Shown: one piece after another, positions 11,227 through 20,917 of the stretch | Layout: every line of letters begins with the position of its first letter | Position numbering within the stretch: the stretch's first letter is position 1 | From: Nemertoderma westbladi | Taxonomy: Eukaryota; Animalia; Xenacoelomorpha | DNA: 33,696 nt | Direction of reading: 5' to 3' | Assembly: GCA_032718475.1 (NCBI GenBank) | Contig: JAUCBJ010006137.1 | Coordinates: 1-33,696, forward strand | Position numbers and translations under genes: made by a program | Notes under the pieces: generated by a model | Databases searched by the model: none | Told to the model about the DNA's origin: nothing | What the model saw: the letters and a program-made list of their open reading frames with translations, nothing else

Positions 11227-12179
11227 ACTTTTGAAAATTAAACACAATTACAGTCTAGATTGATTGAATTAAATATGTGCTTTAATATAAATAGTGTGTT
11301 TGAAATTTTTTGACATATTTCATCACTAACTTCCCTACTACTTATTTATTATTTTTCACACAATATTCATCAAACATATAATCACCAAAATGTTCAGCAG
11401 CTGTGTGTTAAAATTTCAGAGTATTAGTTTTTTAAATAAATAATAATAGTCTTGGGGTAATGACTACAGTAGTAGTGGCCCTATTTGTAAAAGCTTTTGC
11501 GGCAAAAATATATATTTTTTGTGCAATACGCGAACTACTCTAAACGCAACAGTGTAAACGGCTAACAGATATTAAAGACCATTTTATTAGCAATTCTGTC
11601 GCGTTGCCATGACATCTAGAAAGTAAAACATATTGCATATTTTTCCTTATACTACATATAGTGGGGGTAGAGGTTGATTTAAAAACGCTGCGGCTAATAT
11701 GTAGCTTGTTTTTAGTCAAGGTTACTCGTTGCCATGGCAACTAGAAACTGAAAAAGAATGCATATTGTTCCTTATACGTGATATAATGGTGGTAGACTCT
11801 GATTCCATCATGATACGACCACTGAATACGCATTACAAAACCCGTTGCTTTGGACATTGTCAATATTGCTATCTTTGAAGGTCGTTTTCGCAAGGTTGCT
11901 GTGGTATTTTCAAAAAACGAAACATGCCATTAAATTCTTCATATCCATAATATTAATCTGCTATAAATTTTAAATCGTCATATCTAATATAAGATCTGTT
12001 GCTATGGCAATTTTCTCCGTTGCTATGTTTAAGGCCCCCTAAAAACGAGCACAACGATTTGCTGAAGTCTACCCAAATTTTTTTTAATGTCCTAAGTCTG
12101 CACTAAACATCTATGTAGGGTAGCCGAGTCATATATAAATTTCCTACGGGGTCATAGGCTGGAGCCTGTACTAATTTGG

Positions 12180-12490
12180 CAATAACGAAACGAAAAAATA
12201 ACGTAACGGAAAAATGTTAAACGAAGCGAAATAAAAATACATGAAAATAACGAAACGAAATAGTAAGTGTTTCTTTTTGTTAAATTTTCGTTGTATGTGA
12301 TAAAATCAAAAATTTTAAAAAATACAAAACGAATTTATGATGTTTGATACGAAACGAAAATTTCAAAGATTGATAAAAAACCAAACGAAACGAATATTTG
12401 ATCATATTGGTGAAAACGAAACGAATCTAAATTATAGAAAACGAAACGAAATTGAAATGTCTTTCGTTTCGTTTCGTTTCGTTTTGTTTT
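12180..12490. repeat. AACGAA-rich low-complexity segment, likely MITE subterminal repeats
   Basis: Many AACGAAACGAA motifs, then inverted (TTTCG)n at 12462-12485. Confidence 0.55.
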
Positions 12491-12505
12491 TTATTTTTAT
12501 TTTCG

Positions 12506-13336
12506 GTAAGCAGTCGTGCCGTTGATTACTAGATATGAAATATTCTGTTTTAGTTAGGTTTAGTGATAAGCGGTTGTCGACTAGCCAATCAGAGATCTTG
12601 TCTAGCTCGTAGTTAGCAGTAGTAATTAGTAGTTCAAGATCTTTGTGGCTATGAAGAAGGGTTGTGTCATCAGCGAAGAGGGTGGTCAGAAGGTTAGAAG
12701 CGTTAGGTAGATTATTAATATATAGTAAGAAGAGTAGTGGTGATAATACCGAACCTTGGGGAGTGCCACAACTCAGATGCAAAGGCGGTGAAAGACAGTT
12801 ATTTAGAGAAACAGATTGTGACCGGTTTGATAAAAAGCTTTGAAATTAATTTTTTGGTGTTCCGTGGATTCCATATGTATCTAATTTTTTTAATAAAATG
12901 TTGTGATCTAATGTATCGAATGCTTTTTTCAAGTCGATATAGATAGCACAGGCTGAGTTTTTAGAGTCCAGTATAGTCCAGTTTTTCAGTAACCGTTAAT
13001 ATGGCATATGATGTTGATATTTTTTTCCTGAAGCCGAACTGTCGTGATGTTAAAATTGAAAAGCATTCGAGGTAGTTTTGAAGTTGGGAATATATAATAT
13101 ATAATTTGTTCATAAATTTTGCTAAATACCGGTAAGAGAGAAATTGGGCGATAGTTATTTGGATCGAGTGGATCACCCCTCTTATAGTTTGGTATTATTT
13201 TAGCATATTTTAGGCAATCAGGAAAGTTTCCAATAGTAATAGATAGGTTAATTAAGTAAGTAAGGTGGTGAGCAAGTGGTTCAGCAATGGTTCTTAGAAG
13301 TTTAGAAGGAAAGTTATCATTAGTACATTCAGGCAA
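12506..13336 (-). pseudogene. CR1/L2-group LINE reverse transcriptase fragment, frameshifted
   Basis: FPDCLKYAKIIP, NNYRPISLLPVFSKIYE, QFGFRKK, GTPQGSVLSPLLFLLYIN, LFADDT, WLVDNRLSLNLTKT. Confidence 0.92.
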
Positions 13337-13442
13337 GTTTTCCTTTTAAGATACTCTACATCCTACACATCCTTACTGCTGTATTCACTGCTGTAAATGT
13401 AAATGCTGAACTGTACTACGAACTAATTCTGTAACTGTGTAA

Positions 13443-16223
13443 ATGTCGGACTACGAGTCTTGTGGCGATGGGGATGGTGTTTTTATCACAAAAGACCGAC
13501 CACCCGATATAAACTCATGGTCAATCGCAACTCTTAAGGCTGAATTAGGCCGATTAGATCTAAAAACTAGTGGATCAAGGGCCGATCTTATAAAGCGACT
13601 GCAGGCAGTTTCACTTAGAGATTTCAAAACAATAAGAGACAATACAGCACCATACACTGTACCTGGTGCCCAGCGAGGTTCTCTATCGAAAAACTATAGC
13701 GGCCCCCGTTCTGCTGAGAGAAAACTGCGTCTCTGTTCCACTCTACCCGCACCTATTGCGTCGGCGATACCGGTATCTGTTGACCCTAACAAAGAAAATA
13801 CCTATGACCATAATTGCGGTACTTCAATTGCTCAGGTGAGAGACCTACCTATCCCTATGCAAATTAATACATCTATCAGTACCGGAAACGATGTTGATAT
13901 GGCTATATTAGAAACTGAAAATGAAGACAACCCACCATTCGTAAAAAATAGACCAAATCTTCATCGCTTTAGTAGTAGTAATCATGAAAGTCATATACCG
14001 GTTTTCGAATTAGATGACACAGTAAGTTGGGATCGTCAGACGTCAGATTGTAGTATTCTTCGGAATCGTAGTCGTAGCCGGTCACCCGGGTTTACGAAGC
14101 GTTATAATGTCGAAAACCCACACTGTGACTGCATCCATAAAATGGAGGAATTTAGAGACGAGATGTATGACCGTATACATGCATTACAGAACGAAATTGC
14201 TTTTTTAAACGAAACCCTTTCAAGGCACCAATCAATCCTGGACGAGTCTACGACCCTTGGTCGTGGTGTATCGGACGAGTCTACGGTTTGCCCAACAATC
14301 CCGGATGAGTCCACGGTTTGCCCAACAATCCCGGATGGGTCCACGGTTTGCCCAACAATCCAGGATAGGTCCACGGTTTGCCCAACAATCCCGGATGGGT
14401 CCACGGTTTGCCCAACAATCCCGGATGGGTCCACGGTTCGCCCAACAATCCCGGATGGGTCCACGGTTCGCCCAACAATCCCGGATGGGTCCATGGCTCG
14501 CCCAACAATCCCGGATGGGTCCATGGTTTGCCCAACAACCCCGGATGGGTCCATGGTTCGCCCAACAATCCCGGATGGGTCCACGGTTCGCCCAACATTC
14601 CCGGATGGGTCCATGGTTCGCCCAACAATCCATGACGAGTCCCAGAATCATCCTATAACTACTGATGCAGATAACTGCCAGGAAAACTCACCAAGACCTT
14701 CCTCACCCCCATACACAACGGTGCGAAACGCGAAAAGGGATAAACCAAGAGTCCTAATATTTATGGACAGCAATCGACGGTTTATACGTACAAGACAAAT
14801 CGACATAACAGCAAAGATGATTCCTACAGGTAATTCTCAAGATCTTATTGATAGAATGTACTCATCCGCTAAATTCGACAGTAATGTTACTAAAATATAT
14901 ATCCACACAGGAACAAATGAAGTTGACCCTATCAACAGATCTACAAGGCCTATATGTAAAAACATCGAAACTGCAATCGGAGTAGCAAAACAAACCTGGC
15001 CTAATTGTCAAATAGTTGTTTCTTCCATTCTTCCACGAACTGATATCGATGTTACCAATATCAATAACAACCTCAGAATCTCATGTAGGAAATTAAAAGT
15101 CACGTTAGCATCCCACACGACGATAAACAGATCCCATCTGTATGACGATATACATATTTCACTAAGAAATATAAAGATCCTTGCTAAGTCCCTAAAGGAC
15201 TTTCTTCATCGTAATATTAATGTTACCGACCACTCGGTAAACTTCGGTAAACAACTACGGTACCCCGACACCAACCCGGCTCGGTACCCCGACACCAACC
15301 CGGCTCGGTACCCCGACACCAACCCAGCTCGGTACCCCGACACCAACCCGGCTCGGTACCCCGACACCAACCCGGCTCGGTACCCCGACACCAACCCGGC
15401 TCGGTACCCCGACACCAACCTGGCTCGGTACTCCAACACCAACTCGGCTCGGTATCCCGACACCAACCCGGCTCGGTATCCTGACACCAATCTGGCTCGG
15501 TACCCTGACATCAACCCAGCCCGGTACCCCGACACCAACCTGGCTCGGTACCCCGACACCAACCCGGCTCGATGCCCCGTCACCAACCCGGCTCGGTACC
15601 CTGACACCAACCCGGCTCGGTGCCCTGACACCAACCCGGCTCGGTCCCCTGACACCAATCCGGCTCGGTACCCCGACACCAACCCGGCTCGGTACCCCGA
15701 CACCAACCCGGCTCGGTACCCCGACACCAACCCGGCTCGGTACCCCAACACCAACCCGGCTCGGTACCCCGACACCAACCCGGCTCGGTACCCCGACACC
15801 AACCCGGCTCGGTACCCCGACACCAACCCGGCTCGGTACCCCGACACCAACCCGGCTCGATGCCCCGTCACCAACCCGGCTCGGTACCCTGACACCAACC
15901 CGGCTCGGTACCCTGACACCAACCCGGCTCGGTGCCCTGACACCAACCCGGCTCGGTCCCCTGACACCAACTCGGCTCGGTACCCCGACACCAACCCGGC
16001 TCGGTACCCCGACACCAACCCGGCTCGGTCCCCTGACACAACCCGGCTTGGTACCCCGACACCAACCCGGCTCGGTACCCCAACACCAACCCGGCTCGGT
16101 ACCCCGACACCAACCCGGCTCGGTACCCCGACACCAACCCGGCACGGTACCCCGACACCATCCCGGCTCAGTGCCATGAGGTACCTGAAGAGAAGGTTCT
16201 TCTTAAGTACAACAGACCAGTAG
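13443..16223 (+). CDS. LINE ORF1 protein: SAP domain, coiled coil, 10-aa repeats, SGNH esterase, 8-aa repeats
   Basis: SAP-like WSIATLKAELGRLDLKTSGSRADLIKRLQ; heptad region MEEFRDEMYDRIHALQNEIAFLNETL; SGNH blocks VLIFMDS, IHTGTNE, VSSILPR, DDIH. A 1-bp deletion near 16040 probably moved the stop from 16264. Confidence 0.85.
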   Translation: MSDYESCGDGDGVFITKDRPPDINSWSIATLKAELGRLDLKTSGSRADLIKRLQAVSLRDFKTIRDNTAPYTVPGAQRGSLSKNYSGPRSAERKLRLCSTLPAPIASAIPVSVDPNKENTYDHNCGTSIAQVRDLPIPMQINTSISTGNDVDMAILETENEDNPPFVKNRPNLHRFSSSNHESHIPVFELDDTVSWDRQTSDCSILRNRSRSRSPGFTKRYNVENPHCDCIHKMEEFRDEMYDRIHALQNEIAFLNETLSRHQSILDESTTLGRGVSDESTVCPTIPDESTVCPTIPDGSTVCPTIQDRSTVCPTIPDGSTVCPTIPDGSTVRPTIPDGSTVRPTIPDGSMARPTIPDGSMVCPTTPDGSMVRPTIPDGSTVRPTFPDGSMVRPTIHDESQNHPITTDADNCQENSPRPSSPPYTTVRNAKRDKPRVLIFMDSNRRFIRTRQIDITAKMIPTGNSQDLIDRMYSSAKFDSNVTKIYIHTGTNEVDPINRSTRPICKNIETAIGVAKQTWPNCQIVVSSILPRTDIDVTNINNNLRISCRKLKVTLASHTTINRSHLYDDIHISLRNIKILAKSLKDFLHRNINVTDHSVNFGKQLRYPDTNPARYPDTNPARYPDTNPARYPDTNPARYPDTNPARYPDTNPARYPDTNLARYSNTNSARYPDTNPARYPDTNLARYPDINPARYPDTNLARYPDTNPARCPVTNPARYPDTNPARCPDTNPARSPDTNPARYPDTNPARYPDTNPARYPDTNPARYPNTNPARYPDTNPARYPDTNPARYPDTNPARYPDTNPARCPVTNPARYPDTNPARYPDTNPARCPDTNPARSPDTNSARYPDTNPARYPDTNPARSPDTTRLGTPTPTRLGTPTPTRLGTPTPTRLGTPTPTRHGTPTPSRLSAMRYLKRRFFLSTTDQ
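14271..14640 (+). repeat. 30-bp in-frame minisatellite, 12 units (PDGSTVCPTI/PDGSMVRPTI)
   Basis: Tandem CCGGATGGGTCCACGGTTTGCCCAACAATC units. Confidence 0.97.
15258..16170 (+). repeat. 24-bp minisatellite, about 38 units (YPDTNPAR)
   Basis: Tandem CGGTACCCCGACACCAACCCGGCT units; a variant block recurs at ~15570 and ~15858. Confidence 0.97.
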
Positions 16224-16556
16224 TAGATGCTTTTATTTCGTTACTGCGAGCTATAAATATATGAATAATAATAATCTTTAACATTTTTACAAAGAACCAT
16301 TGTACCATATAATAACCATAACCAACCGTAATAACTAACATATCACTAAACTATTTCATTCAAGTGCGGAATAATTTTAATATGCATAATATTGTCATTA
16401 TGTTTTAATTATAATATTTTTAATAAATCTAACGCCAGAGCACAAAGCGAAGCAGCGACAGAAGTATATAGAGATAAACCTAAATTAAAACATTTATTAT
16501 GTAATTTCAACGCCAGTGCCACCCGTAATAACTAACCCGGCTCAAATGTAGCACCT

Positions 16557-19500
16557 TTGTATGTACCATATAATTATAATTACCGAGCCTTACTTACGAA
16601 TTGCCATGAACTTATTTACGCCATATTATTAATTCCGTTGTTCGCCAATATTCATTTATTACTATTAAAGTGCAATTTACTATATAACAGGTTAGAGCGT
16701 CCCATACTGAGTTGCCAGCAAGGGGCTTGTTATATGTTTATGGCGGGTTTATTTAGAATTGAAACTCGGCGCATATGTATATATCTTGTATATTTGATAT
16801 TAATGTTTAACAAATATATTTTCTTATTACATTTACATTGTGTAAATGAGGTTTATGTAAACTTTGCTGTAAATATCCTAGCCAGTATCTATGGCAACTA
16901 TATTCGCCCATTTTTGTCGCAAAAGAAAATAATATTATTAAAATCTAAGCCAAATCTTCTTCGAAAAACTAAATATAAACCAATTAGACTTTCATTGTTA
17001 ATTCTTTTACAGATCTTAATACCGCAAGTATTCATCCTAAATCAAATTCACTTTTTCCATACTATAATCACTGCCACTGCTGTATTAATAGATTTCCTAC
17101 TCGCAATATGGCTTGTTACAAAACAATACGATAAATTAGAATGTAGAAAACCCACATGTTTAGTATGTTTAGTATTAACTATACAATTAGCGTCACAATT
17201 GTCGGTACATAACCGTTTTACTGTTACAGCACACGCCTACAATATAAAAGTACTTAGTCCCAATAGAAGTTACTCAGGTTCTTTACTTAGTCCACGCCAA
17301 ATAGTCCCAAGAGTGCACCAAGTAACTCATATGCTCACACAATTTTTTATAAGTTTAGGTATCAATATAATAGTTTACATATCAGGCAACATTTTAGCAA
17401 ACATATTCGCCCAATGCAATGATATAGAAACTAACCCGGGACCTAAAGGTACACAGCCAACTAAGACGAACAATCGACCTAATACACAATGTATAACAGT
17501 AACCGACTACATGACACAAAATCCTAACGGGGTAAATTTCATTTTAATCAACACCCGCAGTTTAGTGAAAAATGATGAAGAATTAAAACAATTAATTATG
17601 TCTCTTAAACAGTACGCAATAATTGGAGTAACAGAAACATGGTTAAAGCGGAAACATAGTAAACAATCTATTTCAATACCTGGATATGTACATTACCGTA
17701 ACGATAGGAGGAAAAGAAAGGGAGGGGGGGTTCTTATTTATATTCCAGAAAACTTGCCGCATAAAGTAAAGCAGGACATCCAAAATAAAAACTGCAAATC
17801 TGCATATGAGTCACTTTGGATAGAAATCGATACCAGTATTCTATTCGGCGTAGTATATCGACCCCCCAAAAATGTATCTTTTCTTGAAGATTTTCTTGAA
17901 GAAACGGAAAATGCACTGAACTACAATTATAGTAATACAATCATAGCAGGTGACTTTAATTGTGATATGTTAGATAAAAATAATGTGAAAGTGAAGGAAC
18001 TTGAAAACTATATGATTACTTATAATCTAGACCTACTTAACGAACTTACCCCAACACGATATGGCAATGGGAAAAACAAAAACTCATTACTAGACTTATA
18101 CCTCACTACCTCCCATAATAAATCCATTTATAATTCAATAACAACACCGAGTGGCTTCTCTGACCACGATTATGTATTATTACATTGTGACACGAAGCTA
18201 AGCGCGACACCCACGTCCAAAAAAAGTAGCATAAGAATAACATACAGAGATTATAAACAGTTCTCAGAAAAAATGTTCTTGCAGGATATATCGCAAATAA
18301 ATTGGGCCCCACTATACAATAACGCGGACATTGACAAATCATATAATTACTTCGAACATGAAATTGAAAACGTACTAAACAGATATGCTCCTATAACAAC
18401 AAAAACAATAACAGAAAACAGAACTAAGAACACTACAAACAAAAATGCATGGGAAACACAGGAACTAAAACAACTAAATAAACAAAAAATGGACTCACTA
18501 TATATCTGGAGAACAACAAAAACTGATGATGATTATGCAAACTTTAAGACGAATAGAAATAAATACAATAACTTAAATCGCACATTAAAAAATAATTATA
18601 TGAAATCAAAATTTGCTGGGGCAAAAAATGCAAAATCACGCTGGAAAATAATTAACTCAATTTTAAATAAAAAAAGTACGAGCGATATGATTAATACAAT
18701 AAAAACTAAAAATGGAAAAATTGAACACGGTTGCAAAATAATAGCTAATATACTCAACTCTACATTTTTAACACTGGGACTACAGACTAGAAATATCACA
18801 AAACAAACACTACCTGTTAACACACATACTCCATTGTGCAATGATACTTTTTCATTTCACAATATCACTGTAACTGATCTCTTAACCATCTTGGATAAAC
18901 TAAATACGAATAAATCTGCTGGTCCCTCCACAATTCCCCCACGCATAATAAAATTAATTAAGACAAAAATAGCCTATCCATTAACATATATAATAAACCA
19001 AAGTTTAACCACATCGAAGTTCCCCTCAAACTTAAAAATGACTAATATTACCCCTGTTTTCAAAAAGGGAGATAGAGAGAATCCTACCAACTATCGCCCA
19101 ATATCTGTAACATCCACATTTGCTAAAATTTTCGAAACCGTAATGCTAAACCAAATTGTATCATATATAACTAAAAATAAAATAATCAAAAATAAACAAT
19201 TCGGTTTTCGCAAAGGATATGCAACTTCTGATGCATTAATTTACACTACAGAATCATGGAAAGCAACACTAGATAGCAATAAATATGTGGCCATTGCAGC
19301 ACTGGATGTAACAAAAGCGTTCAACTCTTTAAATCATAATATCCTATTAAACAAACTTACCCGACTCGGATTTCACACTACTGCCACCAACCTAATAGCA
19401 AACTACTTACATGACAGGGTGCAAAGAGTCAAAATTAATAATACTCATTCTGACTGGGCTAAAATTAATCATGGCATTCCACAGGGTACCCAAGTAGGAC

Positions 19501-19577
19501 CTATCCTATTTCTTTTATACGTAAATAACATATCCGTACTTTGCATTGTGTGGTGTGGGTTGTTTTGCTTCGAATAA
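16557..19577 (+). CDS. LINE ORF2 polyprotein: hydrophobic leader, 2A-like peptide, APE endonuclease, truncated RT
   Basis: Stop-free from 16536 (first ATG 16734); DIETNPGP; INTRSL, GVTETWL, GGGVLIY, VVYRPP, AGDFN, SDHD; NYRPISV, QFGFRKG, LDVTKAFN, GIPQG. The last ~15 codons are read-through into unrelated DNA. Confidence 0.9.
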   Translation: MYVPYNYNYRALLTNCHELIYAILLIPLFANIHLLLLKCNLLYNRLERPILSCQQGACYMFMAGLFRIETRRICIYLVYLILMFNKYIFLLHLHCVNEVYVNFAVNILASIYGNYIRPFLSQKKIILLKSKPNLLRKTKYKPIRLSLLILLQILIPQVFILNQIHFFHTIITATAVLIDFLLAIWLVTKQYDKLECRKPTCLVCLVLTIQLASQLSVHNRFTVTAHAYNIKVLSPNRSYSGSLLSPRQIVPRVHQVTHMLTQFFISLGINIIVYISGNILANIFAQCNDIETNPGPKGTQPTKTNNRPNTQCITVTDYMTQNPNGVNFILINTRSLVKNDEELKQLIMSLKQYAIIGVTETWLKRKHSKQSISIPGYVHYRNDRRKRKGGGVLIYIPENLPHKVKQDIQNKNCKSAYESLWIEIDTSILFGVVYRPPKNVSFLEDFLEETENALNYNYSNTIIAGDFNCDMLDKNNVKVKELENYMITYNLDLLNELTPTRYGNGKNKNSLLDLYLTTSHNKSIYNSITTPSGFSDHDYVLLHCDTKLSATPTSKKSSIRITYRDYKQFSEKMFLQDISQINWAPLYNNADIDKSYNYFEHEIENVLNRYAPITTKTITENRTKNTTNKNAWETQELKQLNKQKMDSLYIWRTTKTDDDYANFKTNRNKYNNLNRTLKNNYMKSKFAGAKNAKSRWKIINSILNKKSTSDMINTIKTKNGKIEHGCKIIANILNSTFLTLGLQTRNITKQTLPVNTHTPLCNDTFSFHNITVTDLLTILDKLNTNKSAGPSTIPPRIIKLIKTKIAYPLTYIINQSLTTSKFPSNLKMTNITPVFKKGDRENPTNYRPISVTSTFAKIFETVMLNQIVSYITKNKIIKNKQFGFRKGYATSDALIYTTESWKATLDSNKYVAIAALDVTKAFNSLNHNILLNKLTRLGFHTTATNLIANYLHDRVQRVKINNTHSDWAKINHGIPQGTQVGPILFLLYVNNISVLCIVWCGLFCFE
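17421..17444 (+). other. 2A/StopGo ribosomal skipping motif D-I-E-T-N-P-G/P
   Basis: GAT ATA GAA ACT AAC CCG GGA CCT fits D(V/I)ExNPGP exactly, in frame, after a hydrophobic stretch and ~30 aa before the endonuclease. Confidence 0.85.
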
Positions 19578-19888
19578 GTGTGGTATGTGTTGTTTTACCT
19601 CTAACAGTCTTCAACTAATATGTTGTGAGGGTTGTTCTGGTTTTCCATATCTCCTAAACGGACTGACATACAAGTCTAGGATTTTAACATAAGATGTAGA
19701 ACGCCATCTTGAGTAATTTTGGTGAAAATTTTTTTTTTGTTAAATTGTGCTATGTGTTGTTCTGGCTCTATAGTCACGACTAATACAAGCACATTGAACT
19801 GTTTCAATTTAAGTCGGTGCAATTTCAATTTTCAGTCGGTGCAAATTGACTCACACCCCCCACTTGTTTTGGTCTAGCGCCGCCCCTA
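19532..19888. mobile_element. Probable DNA transposon fragment replacing the LINE 3' end
   Basis: Recurrent TGTG...TTGTTYT motifs; possible hAT-like end CTAGCGCCGCCCCTA at ~19874-19888. Confidence 0.3.
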
Positions 19889-20400
19889 CAGGGCTCGTGC
19901 ACGACATTGAGTGCACTGCGCTGTGTGGGATGTAAACCAAACACTACGCCACCAACCACAGGCGAGGACAACATTAAACTGTAACCTTGTAGTCGTAACT
20001 CTTTGAGTCTAATCCCATCCGTTTATCATATCGAATATAGTATACGGTGATGGGATAATTTATTATCTCAGTATGATCAACACGTGTTGTTTGAAGTGTT
20101 TTAAGTATAATTACTACCGGTATGTACATCATATTTATCTGTTTGCCAAGTGTAAAGTGTAAACTGATACTACTGTAAATGCAAATATTAGCGCAAATCC
20201 TAAATGGGCAGTTAGGATTTGCCCACATAGGAATTGGCAAATCCTAACTTTTTATTAATTGATAATAAAATCAATTAATTAATAAAAATGATACAGTGAC
20301 AGGCCATTCTAACTAAACAAAGTAGCACACAACAACAAAGCAGTATTATTTTTTGCTTCTAGTTTGTTGGTAAAGTACGTAGATTTCTCCCTGTCGTGAT

Positions 20401-20506
20401 TTCTTACTCTTACTCTTACTCTTACTCTTACTCTTACTCTTACTCTTGTAGCGGGGGGTCTTACTCTTGTAGCGGGGGGTCTTACTCTTGTAGCGGGGGT
20501 CTTACT
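20401..20506. repeat. (TTACTC)n microsatellite grading into three ~21-bp TTACTCTTGTAGCGGGGGGTC units
   Basis: Read directly. Confidence 0.9.
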
Positions 20507-20739
20507 TATGTTGTTTGTACATTAATTAAAGAAAACGTTTAAGTTTTACCTTCCAGAAACGCAGTCCATGCATTACATGGCATGGTTCTAGAACAATAAT
20601 TCCTTTAATATTAAACATCATAACGTTTTTAATGCAAAATTACTTATTCCATGGCCTAATCCAACACATCTCGCCTTGACCTCAAGCCTATCAACAACGT
20701 ATTTTAAAACAACCTGTAGACTACATGGGAGGATAGATA

Positions 20740-20745
20740 TTTATT
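20740..20745 (-). promoter_or_regulatory. Candidate AATAAA polyadenylation signal of PRDX6
   Basis: TTTATT on the plus strand, ~170 nt downstream of the PRDX6 stop. Confidence 0.5.
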
Positions 20746-20917
20746 GGAATTATAGGCCTAAACTCAAAAACCGGAGCACCAAGAAAGTAGGAGAAGGCAG
20801 ACATAATTACTAAGCAGCTACCACCACAACGTCCAGGGTAAATAAATGCTTCCGGAACTAGTGAAGTAACATGGGCGGCAAGATTTTGGATACCATAAAG
20901 ATACCAAGTTCGTTAGA

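Larger units (their letters stand above)
10297..12173 (-). mobile_element. Internally deleted Academ (XPG-type) DNA transposon remnant
   Basis: Minus-strand terminus TAGTACAGGCTCC at 12173; subterminal GTTGCYATGG motifs; transposase-like peptides at 11043-10933 and ~10855-10770; XPG-like fragment at 10661-10297, all co-oriented. Confidence 0.7.
13340..19531 (+). mobile_element. CR1/L2-group non-LTR retrotransposon with two ORFs, 3'-truncated inside RT
   Basis: Esterase-type ORF1 followed by co-oriented APE-RT ORF2; RT similarity ends after GPILFLLYVNNI, before the YADD motif. The 5' boundary is approximate. Confidence 0.9.

Noticed and set aside
12506-13336. Minus-strand RT as an inverted piece of the adjacent plus-strand LINE
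   Set aside because: Homologous RT peptides differ substantially (FPDCLKYAKIIPNYKRGD vs FPSNLKMTNITPVFKKGD), indicating a different family.
15258-16170. CRISPR-like appearance of 24-30-bp repeats; DTNPA resembling the 2A motif ETNPG
   Set aside because: No unique spacers or cas genes and the context is eukaryotic; the repeat lacks the essential NPGP.
14102-16177. Alternative-frame and antisense ORFs over the 30-bp and 24-bp arrays
   Set aside because: By-products of stop-free tandem repeats inside ORF1.
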